64,000 nucleotides of DNA. It comes from the human T2T-CHM13v2.0 reference genome, Homo sapiens. Shown piece after piece: positions 27,300-40,290 of the stretch. The notes beneath the pieces were generated by a model that saw nothing but the letters and a program-made list of their open reading frames with translations, was not told where the DNA came from and searched no databases. The stretch lies in the NCBI RefSeq assembly GCF_009914755.1, contig NC_060927.1. One strand, 5' to 3'. Within the stretch, counting starts at the first letter, position 1. The number at the start of each line of letters is the position of its first letter. Both the position numbers and the translations under genes were made by a program.

Positions 27300-30200
27300 C
27301 AGCATGATGACAGGATCAAGTTCACACATAACAATACTAACCTTAAATGTAAATGGGCTAAATTCCTAAATTAAAAGACACAGACTGGCAAATTGGATAA
27401 GCAGACAAGACCCATCTGTGTGCTGTATTCAGGAGACCCATCTTATCTGGAAAGCGAAAAAAAAAAGCAGAGGCTGCAATCCTAGTCTCTGACAAAACAG
27501 ACTTTAAACCAACAAAGACCAAAAAAGGGAAAGAAGGGTATTACATAATGGTAAAGGGAAGAATTCAAAAGAAGAGCTAACTATTCTAAACATATATGCA
27601 CCCAATACAGGAGCACCCAAATTCATAAAACAAGTTCTTAGAGACCTACAAAGAGACTTAGACTCCCACACAATAATAGAGGGAGACTTTAACACCCCAC
27701 TATCAGTATTAGACAGATCGACAAGACAGAAAATTAACAAGGATATTCAGGACTTGAACTCAGCTCTGGATCAAGCATACTTAGTAGACATATACAGAAC
27801 TGTCTACCCCAAATCAACAGAATATACATTCTTCTCAGTGCCACATAGCACTTATTCTAAAGTCAACCACATAATTGGAAGTAAAACACTCCTCAGCAAA
27901 TGCAAAAGAACTGAAACCATAACAAACAGTCTCTCAGACAACAGTGCAATCAAATAAAAACTCAGGATTAAGAAACTCACTCAAAACCACACAATTTCAT
28001 GGAAATTGAACAACCTGCTCCTGAATGACTACTGGGTAAATAATAAAATTAAGATGGAAATCAAGAAGTTCTTTGAAACCAATAAGAACAAAGAGAATGT
28101 CCCAGAATCTCCAGGACACAGCTAAGGCAGTGTTAAGAGGGAAATTTATAGCACTAATTTCTCACATCAGAAAGCTAGAAAGATCTCATATTGACACCCT
28201 AACATCACAATTAAAAGAGCTAGAGAGGCAAGAGCAAACTAGTCCAAAAGCTAGCAGAAGACAATAACTAAGATCAAAGAAGAATTGAAGGAGATAGAGA
28301 CATGAAAAACCTTCCAAAAAATCAATGAATCTAGGAGCTGCTTTTTTGAAAAAATTAACAAAATAGATACACTGCTAGCTAGACTAATGAAGAAAAGAGA
28401 GAAGAATCAAATCAACCAGACACAATAAAAAAGGGATATCAGCATGGACCTCACAGAAATACAAACTACCATCAGAGAATACTATAAGCATTTCTATGCA
28501 AATACACTAGAAAATTTAGAAGAAATGGATAAATTCCTGGACGCATACACCCTACCAAGACTAAACCAGGAAGAAGTTGAATCCCTGAATAGATCAATAA
28601 CAAGCTGTAAAATTGAGACAGTAATTAGTAGCCTACCAAACAAAAAAAGCCCAGGACCAGAGAGATTCACAGCTGAATTCTACCAGAAATACAAAGAGGA
28701 GCTGGTACCATTCCTTCTGAAACTATTCCAAACAATTGAAAAGGAGGGACTCCTCCTGAACTCATTTTATGAAGCCAGCATCATCCTGATACTAAAACCA
28801 GGAAGAAATACAAGAAGAAAAGAAAACTTCAGGCCAATATCCCTGATGAACATTGATGTGAAAATCCTTAATAAAACACTGGCAAACTGAATCCAGCAGC
28901 ACATCAAAAAACTTGTCCATCACAATTAAGCTGGCTTCATCCCTGAGATGCAAGGCTGGTTCAACATATGCAAATCAATAAATATGACCCATCACATAAA
29001 CAGAATCAAAGACAAAAACCACACGATTATCTCAATAGATGCAGAGAGGGCCTTTGATAAAATTCAACATCCGCTCGTGTTAAAAACTCTCAATAAACTA
29101 GGTATTGATGGAACATATCTCAAAATAATAAGAGCTATTTATGACAAACCCACAGCCAATATCATATTGAATGGGCAAAAGCTAGAAGAATTCCCTTTGA
29201 AAACCAGTATAAGACAAGGATGCCCTCTCTCACCACCCCTATTCAATGCAGTATTGGAAGTTCTGGCCAGGGCAATCAGGTAAGAGAAAGAAATAAAGAG
29301 TATTCAAATAGGAAGCGAGGAAGTCAAGTTGTCTCTGTTTGCAGATGACATGATTTTATATTTAGAAAACCCCATCATGTCAGCCCCAAAACTTCTTGAA
29401 CTGATAAGTAACTTCAGCAAAGTCTCAGGATACAAAATCAACAGGCAAAAATCACAAGCATTCCTTTACACCAACAATAGGCAAGCAGAGAGCCAAATCA
29501 TGAATGAATTCCCATTCACAATCGCTTTAAAGAGAATAAAATACCTAGGAATCCTGCTAACAAGGGATGTGAAGGACCTCTTCAAGGAGAACTACAAACC
29601 ACTGCTCAAGGAAATAAGAGAGGACACAACCAAATGGAAAAACATTCCATCCTCATGGATAGGAAGGATTAATATCATGAAAATGGCCATACTGCCCAAA
29701 GTAATTTATAGATTCAATGTTATTCCCATCAAACTCCAATTAACATTCTTCACAGAATTAGAAAATACTGTTTTAAATTTCATATGGAATCAAAGAAGAC
29801 CTTGTATAGCTAGCACAATCCTAAGCAAAAAGAACAAAGCTGGTGGCATCACACTACCTGACTTGAAACTATACTACAAGGCTACAGTAATCAAAACAGC
29901 ATGGTACTGGTACCAAAACAGTCATATAGACCAATGGAGCAGAACAGAGGCCTCAGAAATAACACCACACATCTACAGCCATCTGATCTTTGACAAACCC
30001 AACAAAAACAAGCAATGGGGAAAGGCTCTCCTATTCAGTAAATTGTGTTGAGAAAACTGGCTAGCCATATGCAAAAAAACTGAAACTAGACCTCTTCTTT
30101 ACATCTTATACAAAAATTAACTCAAGATAGATTAAAGACTTACATGTAAAACCCAAAACCATAAACCTCTAGAAGAAAATCTAGGCAATACCATTCAGGA

Positions 30201-31250
30201 CATAGACATGGGCAAAGACTTCATGACAAAAATGCCAAAAGCAACTGCAACAAAAGCCAAAATTGACAAATGGGATCTAATTAAACTAAAACGCTTCTGC
30301 ACAGCAAAAGAAACTCATCAGAGTGAAGAGGCAACTTACAGAATGGGAGAAAAATTTTGCAATCTGCCCATCTGACAAAGGTCTAATACCCAGAATTTAT
30401 AAGGAACTTAAACATATTTACAAGAAAAAACCTAACAACTCCATCAAAAAGTGGGCAAAGAATATGAACAGACACTTCTCAAAAGAAGACATTTACATGG
30501 CCAACAAACATGAAAAGAAGCTCAACATCATCGATCATCAGAGAAATGCAAATCAAAACCACAATGCGATACCATCTCACACCAGTCAGAATGGTGATTA
30601 TTAAAAAGTCAGGAAACAATAGATACTGATGAGGTTGTGAAGAAATAGAAACGCTTTTACACTGTTGGTGGAAATGTAAATTAGTTTTGTGGAAGACAGT
30701 ATGGCGATTCCTCAAGGATCCAGAACGAGAAATACCATTTGACCCAGCAATCCCGTTACTGAGTATATACCCAAAAGGATATAAATCATTCTGCTATAAA
30801 GACACATGCACATTTATTGCAGCACTATTTACAATAGTAAAGACATGGAACCAACCCAATGCCCATCAATGATAGACTGGATAAAGAAAATGTGGTACAT
30901 ATACACCATGGAATACTATGTAGCCATAAAAAGGAATGAGATCATGTCCTTTGCAGGGACATGGATGAAGCTGGAAGCCATCATCCTCAGCAAACTAACA
31001 CAGAAACAAAAAACCAAACACCATATGTTCTCACTCATAAGTGGGAGTTGAACATTGTGAACACATGGACACAGTGAAGGGAACAACATACACAAGGGCC
31101 TTTTGTGGGGTTGGGTGTAAGGAGAGGGACTTAGAGGATGGGTTTATAGGCGCAGGAAACCACCATGGCACATGTATACTTATGTAAGAAACCTGCACGT
31201 TCTACACCTGTATCCGTATTTTTTTTAGAAGAAATAAAGGAAAAAAAAAG
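27300..31250 (+). mobile_element. L1PA (L1PA8A/L1PA12-like) from the ORF2 start to the poly(A) tail
   Basis: Begins at atgacaggatcaagttcacacataac. The short 3' UTR ends gtatccgtattttttttagaagaaataaagg(a)n. Confidence 0.95.
27307..31051 (+). pseudogene. Disrupted L1 ORF2p (endonuclease, reverse transcriptase, C-terminal domain)
   Basis: EN GDFN (ggagactttaac ~27682) and SDN replacing the catalytic SDH. RT motifs QGCPLSP and [13 protein letters not shown]; [14 protein letters not shown]; C-terminal HMFSLISGS*. Many stops and frameshifts; ~55-bp deletion near 27445. Confidence 0.95.
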
Positions 31251-31329
31251 AAAGATGGCTGCAGTCATCCTAGCCATCATTCCGTTATGACATTTAGATG
31301 GAGAAGAAAGACAATCTCTTCCTGTGTGA

Positions 31330-34320
31330 CTGCTGATCTTGCTTCAAGTTCACTGGTCCTTTCTTCTGCTATCTCAAATCTGTTATTGAGCCTTTCTAGT
31401 GAAATTTTCATTTCTAATTTATCTTGTCATTTTTTTTTCTTTGACCAGTGGGCAATTTAGAATTGTGTTGTTTAATTTCCACATACTTGGGGATTTCCCA
31501 GATATCTTTCTGTTGTTAATTTTCAGTTTAATTCAAACTGGTCAGAAAAAATTATCTGTATTAAGTAAATCCTTTCATATTCATTGAGAATTTTAATAGT
31601 CCAAAACATGGCTTATCTTGGAGAATGTTCTATGTGCAGTTGAAAGGCATATTCTACTGTTGTAGGATGGCAGGATCTACCAATGTAAATTAAGTCATGT
31701 TGTTTGGTAATATGTTTCAAGTCTTCCCTGGCCTCATGGATTCTGAGAAAAGAGTGTTTCCCAACATAATTGTGGGACTCTGAAGCAAAGTCTCCCAACA
31801 TAATTGTGAATTTGTCTATTTCTCTTCTCATTTCTGTCTTTTCTTGATTTACATATTTTGAAACTCTGTTATTAGATGGATATATATGTAGGATTTTCAT
31901 GATTTCTTGATGATTCATCATGATTTCTTGATTTGAACCTTTTATAATTTCAAATTTTCCCAGTTTATCTCTGGTATTACTTTAATTGCTAGTATTGAAT
32001 CCTACTCTGTCTGATATTAACATGGTTATCTAGCTTTCTTATCATTATTAGGGTTTGTATGATATCACATTTCCATCCTTTAACTTTTAACCCATTGGTG
32101 TATGTGTTTTTAAATTCTTATAGATAGCACATAGATAAGCTTTGCTTTTTAAATTCTGGTCTAACAATTTCTACCTTTTAACTGGAGCGCTTAGCCAATT
32201 TACATTCAATGTAATTATCCATATAGTTAGATTTAAGCTACCATCCTGCTGTTGGTTTTCTATTTGTCCCATCTGTTCTTCCTTCTATTTTTTTCTCTTT
32301 TTCTGACTTCTTATGGACTGAGTATTTTTTTAATGTTCTATTATACTGTCACTATTGGCTTATTAGTTATACCTATTGGTTTTTGTGTTTTTAAAAACTT
32401 TGAGTTCACAAAATATACTTTTAACTTATTCCAGTGTATATTGAAATCCTATTAAATCACTCTGTGCATAGTATGGAAGAACCTTACCACAGCATACCTC
32501 CATTTTCCCCATATATCTTTTGTGATATTATTGTCACACATCTTGTTTACACCTTTGCTATAAACCACACAATATATTATTAGTGTTTTACTCTATACAG
32601 TCAACAAAAATGAGAAAAAAAACTACTCATATTTATCCATGTATTTACTATTTCTAACATTCTTTATTCCTTTGGGTAGAGGGATGATATGAGTTTCCTT
32701 CTCATATCATTTATTTCTGCCTTAAGAGCTACCCCAACATACTTTTGTAATGCAAGTTTGCTGGTGACAAATTAACTTCTTTGTTCTCTAAGGAAAAATG
32801 CTTAATTTTGCTTTCATTTTTGAAAGATTGGGGCATGGGGTATAGAAGTCAAGGTTGATGGAGTTTTTTTCCTTTTCAGTATTTTAACCATATTACTCTG
32901 TTTTCTTTTGGTTTGCATAGCTTCGAAATAGAAGTCTGTGAAGTTCATAGCTTTGTTCCTCTTGACATAATGTATTTTTCTACTCTGGTTGTTTTAAGAT
33001 TTTCTTTCAATCATGGGTTTTTAAAAACTTGATTGTAATGTGTCTTGGTGTGGTTTTATTTGTGTTTATCCTGCTTGGCATTCATTCAATTTCTTGGACC
33101 TATGGGTTTACAATTTTCATTAAATATGGAAAATTTTGGCTGTATCTTCAATTTTCTTCTGTCTATGCAATCTCCTTCTGGGATTACTGTATACATATGT
33201 CAGATTGCTTGATATTGTCCCATAAGTTGCAATTTTATTCTTTATTTATTTATTTTGGCTCTTTCTCCTTCTGTGCTTCATTTTGAATATTTTATATCAC
33301 TGCGTCTTCAAGGTCAGTAAACATTTTTTCTTCAGTCTAATCTGCCACTAATCTCTTCCAGTGAATTTTTTATTTCAGATATTTTATTGTTTATCTCTAG
33401 AAGTTTTATTTGTTTTTTTGTATCTTTCATTTCAATCCTTATTGTGTTTCTGCCTTCTTTTGAATCCTTGAAAATCCTATTAAAGATCTTGTCTGCTAAT
33501 CCCGCAATCTCTATCTCCTCATGCCTGTTTCCACTGTCTGAATTTTCTCCTGGTTTTGGGCTACATTGCTATGTTTCTTCATATATCTAATAAGTTTTGA
33601 CTGGATGATGTATATTGTGAATTTTTCATTGAGTGCTGGATTTTCTTGTGTACCTTTAAGGGGTGTTGAACTTTTTATGGCATGCAGTTATTGGCAGATC
33701 AGCTTGATCCTTCTGAGGTTTGTTTTTAATCTTTTAAACTTTCTTAGGGTGGGTCATGAATAGCTTGAATTCTAAGTTTGTTTAGCCCATTGCTAAGATG
33801 TGATTCACCTGAGGTCTCCACTGAAGGCCTGAGAGTCTGAGAGCTCTTTTACTCTAGCTAGTCAGAATTTGGTCGTCTGTCAGCCACATGTGAGCTCTGC
33901 AAACTGTTCAGCTTACAGCTCCCTGGTTGCTCTTTTCTCAGCTCTGTGGATCTTCACTCTATGCTTATATGATTTAGTGTTCAGTAACAGATTCAGGGGA
34001 TCTTGTGCAATTTTCTGGAGCTATTTCTTTAAGCAGCTTCTTCCTCTCCAGTACTCTGCCTTGCAAATTCTAGCCCCTTCAGCATTTCTGAACTGCAATT
34101 TCATTTCTTCAACTCCGAAAGAGCTATGCTCTACTTGAGATCACCTTTCCCGCAGAAAGTGCCTCCAGACAGAAAGTCAGGGTGGTAACAAGCTCATTTT
34201 GTTCTATCTTTTTCGGTGTTGCCCAGTGTCTGAAAACTCTTGCCTTATATATTTGGTTTGTTTTTTTAGTTAACAGTGAGAAGATAAGTCTAGTCCCAGT
34301 TACTCCATCATGGCTAGAAA
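31330..34320 (-). mobile_element. Old L1M (L1MD/L1ME-type) 5' UTR-ORF1-ORF2 5' remnant
   Basis: Minus ORF 31613-31921 retains an EN-like segment (ILHIYPSNNRVSKYVNQ...IDKFTIMLGDF). T-rich ORF1 and 5' UTR-like sequence ends ttactccatcatggctagaa. Confidence 0.75.
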
Positions 34321-35004
34321 TAAAATCACCTAATAATCTTTTAATATCCATATCACTTAGCATAATTCTACTTATACAGTTCAAATATTTTTGAATAAAA
34401 TATTAAACATTTCTTTGCTGAATTATTACTCATAAAATATTCATGCATTTGTGTTTTCACGACATTGTACTAAGCACCATGGAAGTTTGCATTTTATGGA
34501 ACAATCTCTTCCTAAAAATTTCATCTGATTAAAATGTAAGAGAGATTAAAATGTATTCACAAGTAGCATAAAATAAGATTAACTGTGCATACAAGTGTGG
34601 TTTTAGATGCACTTAAAACAAGTCACACTTTCACAGCCATTTAAATCAGCCTGATGGGGTCTCATAGGAGGTGAGGGTAGGGAATAGAAGCCAGCCATGT
34701 CACTGGCAGACGCGAAATGGAGTCAAGAATTGTTACTCATTTCCATAGATGGTCACTTAGCGGATCTGGAAAACAAAAACAAAAACTGCTCCAGAAGAAT
34801 CAATCTACTGTATTAAGTATTTCTTCACAGATTCTGTGAGGGAATATCTTTGTCTGTTCTGAGGGAACTACTGTAAATACAGCATCACACCATTCAAAAG
34901 GAAATTTGCTTACATATTCTTGGAACATTTGGAAGGTTTTTCCTTTTTGCTTTGTAAGAGTAAACAGACACTATGTGAATTTTTAAAAAAACTTTTCAAA
35001 ACCT

Positions 35005-35186
<182 letters not shown>

Positions 35187-35219
35187 CTATTGAAGGCAAT
35201 CAGGTGTAAATTTTTCTTT

Positions 35220-35500
35220 CTCTGAAACTCTAAACAACTCCTTAATGTCACCTGGGCCTAACCATATCTCCACCCTCAATTCTCCTCACTCTCCCTTTCA
35301 CCCCTCACTTGCCTCAGGGCTTTTGCACATGTTTGGGAAGCTCTTCCTCTCCCATCTTCCCCTCCCTTTCTTACTTGGATAGCTCTTTGTAATTTTTTAT
35401 GTTTCAGCTTAACTGCCTCAAAGAGGCCTCCCAGGATCACCCAATTTAATAATACTGTTCCTTTCATTCTCCCCCCAAAGACTATTCTTTTCCTTCAGAT
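35220..35500 (+). mobile_element. L2 fragment (continues ~36090-36245 after the LTR)
   Basis: gcctcagggcttttgcacatg...tcaaagaggcctccc; 3' part acccagcacagtgcttggc...aatatttatagaataaatg. Confidence 0.7.
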
Positions 35501-36056
35501 AATGAATGCTGGTTCTTCCTGGCCTGTTTGCCCTCAGATCTATGGCCTCACCCTTTCCCTGGCCAGCTCTATATCTCTGGGGAGTGACCCCTGTGATCAG
35601 ACTTGCTTTCCCAGACTACCTTGCTTTCTGACTTCTGCAGTGGCTAAACCTTTGGGAAGTACTGATGGACATAAAAAAGGCAGGAGGAAGAGAGAAGGTG
35701 AAGTTTTTCTTCCTTCTCTTGTAGTTTTGATTTTACCTGCCCAAAGGCTGAAGATCCCCTTGTGTCTTCCACTCACACCAGGCACCCCCTTTTCTATGGT
35801 CTCAGTCTCCCTTGGGCAGCTCCTGTCTTGGTTCCGGTTCTCCTCAGATGGTACCGGGACCTGCACTCTGATAACATCACCTCTTCTCTTTGTCCCTTTG
35901 TTGAAGGACTTCCTGCCGTGAACCTCTGGGTTCCTCCACTATCCCAGACTTTCTTGGCACTTTCATTACCCAGATAAGTAACACATTCCCTGCATTCAAT
36001 TCCCTCTGCTCTACATATTCAGTTTCTCCCTTTCTGGTTGAATCCTGACTGATACA
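35500..36056 (+). mobile_element. LTR33/LTR41-like ERVL solo LTR
   Basis: ttcccagactaccttgctttctgacttctg...aggaagagagaaggtgaagtttttcttcc; ends cctgactgataca. Confidence 0.6.
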
Positions 36057-37309
36057 GTATCAAATTGTAGATCATTGGCTAGTGTTACTTTCAATCTAAT
36101 GTCTGAATACCCGCCCCTGCCCACACACACATTCCATGAGAACAAGAACAATATCTATTTTCTTCACTACAGAATCTCTAACACCCAGCACAGTGCTTGG
36201 CTTTGGGTTGTTGCCCAATTAATATTTATAGAATAAATGCTTGAAAGGGAAGGTGGAAGGGATGAAATCAAATTTACCATCGGTTCCAGGTGACCTGAGT
36301 ATGCTCCTCCCGCTGCTTCTGTCCTGTGGATGGGGTGAGTGGATCATAGAGAGCAGTCCTTCATGGTTATGCAAAGAAGTTTTCCTGTGAGGAGACCAGA
36401 ATGCTCAGCTTTGCTGCTATTATTATTTTCTCTTTTCTTTTTCTTTTTTTCAAATTCAACTTTAGTGGAAAGAAAACTTTCTCATTTCCCATTTCAGCTC
36501 ACTGAATTATTCATCAAAAATGTTCTGCTGGTATTTCCTCCTCTGTCAGAGTTCTGCCGTTCCAGAAACACTGCCCTGGAGTTGCAATCAGAGCAATTAG
36601 CAGCCCATTACGGGATGCGCCTGTCCATGCCCTCAGGTTCCCGACCTGGGGCTGTGCTGATGGAGAGCCAGCACTACCATGGAGTCTGATGCGTGTAGGC
36701 TGGCCTGAGCTCCTAGCCCCATTAATTGATGGGGAGCCCAGCAGGATCTTCATCTTCCTTTGCCAGGATCAGCTAATCAAGTAACCAACACGCTAACAGC
36801 TCAGGACTTTAGCTAACACCACCCTCTTATCTGACAAGCTGATTCCATTGGACCTCAGTTTCCTTAGCTCTAGAAATGGAAGGACAGCCCTTGACTGCCT
36901 GCCTCACAGCACCATTGTGGCTGTATGGGCCCACCTTGACTCTCAGCTCTGTCCACTGCTGGGGTTCCAAAAAGCTAGGCAAATTGGTCAAATGTGCCTC
37001 TAGAAGTCGATTTACCTCTAAGGATGATTTCTCTCTAGAGGGTGTTTCAGTTTTGTTACAAGCTTGTCCCTGTTACACAACTTCCATCCCTAGAAGGGAG
37101 GACAGATTTCTGCATTCCTCCTGGTGTCACTCATCTGCATCTGTCCTCAAACCCACCCTCAAGGACCCATTTCTGTGTCCTACTTGTAGCACTGAAAGAT
37201 GAAAGAGCTCCACAGCAGCTCTTTGGGTAAAATAAGAGAGATCATCCTCCCTACTATCATAGGTCTCTCTGGCTTTGTCGCCCTGGGGCTCTGGGGTGCC
37301 ACCTCAGCA

Positions 37310-37980
37310 TCTGGAGTGCTGGTATTAAGCTATATCTCTGGGCTGTAACTCAGCCCTTCTTCTCTGGGTTCTGCCATGCTGGGCAGGACTCTGCAAACCA
37401 GGGCTCTCCTTTGCCAGTGGCTCCCTGACAGGCTCTGCCATTAGGGGGTGCTAGAGAAAATGGAAGCTGGAGGAGGAAGCAGGGACCGGCTCCACCCTGC
37501 CTGCTTTTTGCTTCTGTGAGCAGCACCCAGCAAGGCTTCTTCTCCCTGGCAGCAGCAGCTCCTTCCAAAAGCAGCTGGTGAATCCACATTGCAGTTTTTC
37601 CACTTTCCATTTTGCAGAATGAGATGTATCAACCACTCCCTGGCCAGAGACATCGTACAAGCTGCCCAGCATCCCCTCCTCAGAGCTCTGGGTCTCATGA
37701 GCTGGGAAATGTGAACACCAGCTGACTGCCTCTGCAGCCGCACCCCCAGTTATCTTCCAGGTCCCTCCTCAAAACTTCCAAATCTTTTAACAATCCTAAC
37801 CTCTTCCTTTGTTGTCTCCAGCCCCAGAGATGGTGGCTGCTGCCTACAGCTGCTGCCTTTGTTCTAACTTCAAGTACTCTTTTAAATCTTTTCAATTCCA
37901 CAGCTAACAATTCTTTGCATTAAATTGTCTCTCCTCAAATAACTAGAAGTTTCTGACTCCTGCCAGGTTCCTAACTGATT
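37310..37980 (+). mobile_element. LTR50/LTR41-like ERVL solo LTR
   Basis: ggactctgcaaacc...gctctgccattagggggtgctagag...ttctttgcattaaattgtctct...cctaactgat. Confidence 0.65.
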
Positions 37981-38721
37981 GAGAAATAAGAGCTTGGAGC
38001 AGAGGCAGGGATGGAAGACAGCAGGAAGTGATGGCGGCTGGCAGAACCTGGGGGCACAGAGGATGCAGGACTGAGTGCGAGAAGAGGACCGTACTGTAGA
38101 CCTACGGGTTTCGATGGCCAGCTGGGCTGTGTGTGAGCCACAACTGAGACGCCTTCCAGGGACTGCCAGAAGCACCTGCAGGGATGGTGAATCAGGCTCT
38201 TGAAAGCACAGCACGAATTTGGGAGCTCTGAGCTCAGAGGGCTGGGGATACTTGGCTAAAGAGGCTTAGTAGCCAGGAAGCCCTTCACACTGCAGCCTGT
38301 GTCTGAGCAAGTGAGGGGGCAACTGAATGAGTGTGCCCATCACTCCAGATGGTAAATGGAGAGAGGAAGGGATGCTTTCTCTAAGGGCGTCCTGGCTGGA
38401 CTCGTCTCCCCCACAACCCTCAACACAGACACTCTCCTGCCTGCCTCCTATCCTAGGGTTTGGCAGGACAGATAGTCCAGGCGATCCCCTGTGACCAACC
38501 CCAAGCCCATGCTTCCTTCAAGGTCAAGTTTAGATGCTGCTGCGTCCATGGGACTTCTAGGATAACCCTCTCCCCACAACCATCTCTCCTCGCACCACAT
38601 TGATAGTAGTGACTGCCAGTACCACTCACTGGGCCAGAGGAACAGTTCCCAGAGGGATAGACACTTTTCCTACCCTCAGTGGGGTGTCAGTGGGAAAGAA
38701 AGATAAAAAACTCAGCAGTGA

Positions 38722-38890
38722 CTATCTATCTATCTATCATTTATCTATCTAAACTAATGGCACCTAGTAGGTGTTTGATAGGTAATTATTAAGTAAATAA
38801 TGGATGAATGAATAGATGGATAGTAATGAATGGATGGATGAATAGATGAATGGATGGATGAATGGATGGATGGATGGATGGATGGATAGA
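38722..38890. repeat. (TATC)n and (GGAT)n tetranucleotide repeats around an L2 3' tail
   Basis: ctatctatctatctatc; ggcacctagtaggtg (L2 tail); tggatggatggatggatggatgga. Confidence 0.85.
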
Positions 38891-39514
38891 CAGACACGCA
38901 TCTCCCCTAAGATGGAGAGGCAGGTAGTCTGGGGCAGGGCCATCTGTCACTGAGTCTTCCTCGAGTTCTTGATACCAGCATACTGTCTGACATGTCTATC
39001 CTTGGATGAGTTCGTGACTGGAGTAGGATAATGAGCAAAGGTGTAGAGGAAGGAAAAGCTAGAACATATAAATGATCTGGGGCCAATGAACTCTCCCACC
39101 TCCTGCTGCCTGCTCCTGGTATCTGAAACTCACCCTGCAGATATTTCCTTTGGTTCAACACTGCACACTTGGCCAGTCCTCTTCTGGCCCAGCTTCACCA
39201 GGAGCTGTAACATCCAAGCGGGTCCTGGACCAAGCAGCTGGTCCAGAGCTTTCTTTCCTAATGGGAGGAAGCTTGAACCACAGAAGTCCTGGGGCTGTGA
39301 GGCAGGCCCAGAGGAAGAAATAAGGTGGAAGAGGAAGAGAGTCCACTGGGACAGATCTCCCTAATCTCACAATACCACTTTGTATAAAAACCACTCTGTA
39401 GCAACAAAAGTAAAAAAAGCTGTACAGTACTGGTGGCTTTGCTTTGAAGCTCCACTCAGACAGGGGCCATGAGTCAGGAGGAGCAGACAGAGGAGGAGCA
39501 GACAGAGCCTACAG

Positions 39515-39850
39515 AACTTTTACTAGGGCAGGCATGCTCTTGTGATCCATACCTGTGGAGAGGAGGAGAAGGAAGCAGGGCTAGGTAGAGGGAGGAGGTT
39601 TCCGGGGCTGGGGGGTTTCTGAAGCTGGGTGGGCTTGCATAATGTTCTAACTTGGGGGGTCTGCAGGACTTGTGTGTCCCGGTGTTGATTAGTCATTGGA
39701 TGCCACTGTTCCTGAGGAGCGGTGTGGCCTTGGTGTCTCCAGGAGGGCTAGTGTCTCAGGGCAGCTCCAGGCAGCACTCCCAGCAGGACAGCTTGGGGAC
39801 TAAGCCTTCATCTCTACAGGGATTCTGGGGGCACCTTGAAGAAATGTTCA
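39515..39850 (-). mobile_element. LTR16A-like LTR
   Basis: acctgtggagaggaggagaaggaagcaggg...agtcattggatgc...ggcagcactcccagcag. Confidence 0.7.
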
Positions 39851-39944
39851 TTGTTGTATCCTGGAGGATGCAGACCATACTCCTTCCTCTTCTTATCCAG
39901 GCTCAGTCATCCTCCTCTGGCCTCTCTGCTCCTCTCCTCCCCCA

Positions 39945-40290
39945 CTCGCCCCCCTGCTGCCTCCGCAGCCCCAAGCCCTATAGCCCCGCATTGCATTATC
40001 GGCTGGCTGCTGCTGTCAGAGTCTCCGGGAAGATAATCTATCCGGAAAAGTGCGTGCGAATTACTAAATCAATAAACACTGCTAACCTCTTGATTCACTG
40101 CTTCTCTGCAGAGAACCCCTCAGCCCTGCAGCATTTCGCTTTAATAGGAGGAAAGCGAATGTGCTTAGTGGGCACAACCCACAGGCTGAGAAGGGAGGGG
40201 CAGCCACACGCGCCTAGGCGCCCACGATTAGAAAGCACCCCTCCTCCACCTCTGTCTTTAAGTTTCAGTCTCACAGAGGTAAGCAGCAAG
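39945..40290. promoter_or_regulatory. Candidate CpG-retaining cis-regulatory element
   Basis: 14 CpGs in 39947-40226, four inverted repeats, TAAATCAATAAACA, CTGTCA, and a downstream GAG|GTAAGC. Function is inferred. Confidence 0.45.

Noticed and set aside
28444-30051. L1 ORF2 fragments (148, 111, 240 aa) as an active reverse transcriptase system
   Set aside because: No promoter or ORF1, multiple stops and frameshifts, EN SDH>SDN; an ordinary dead L1.
25846-31250. Twin-priming 5' inversion of a single L1
   Set aside because: Both arms carry their own, different 3' UTRs and overlap in consensus coordinates, so they are two elements.
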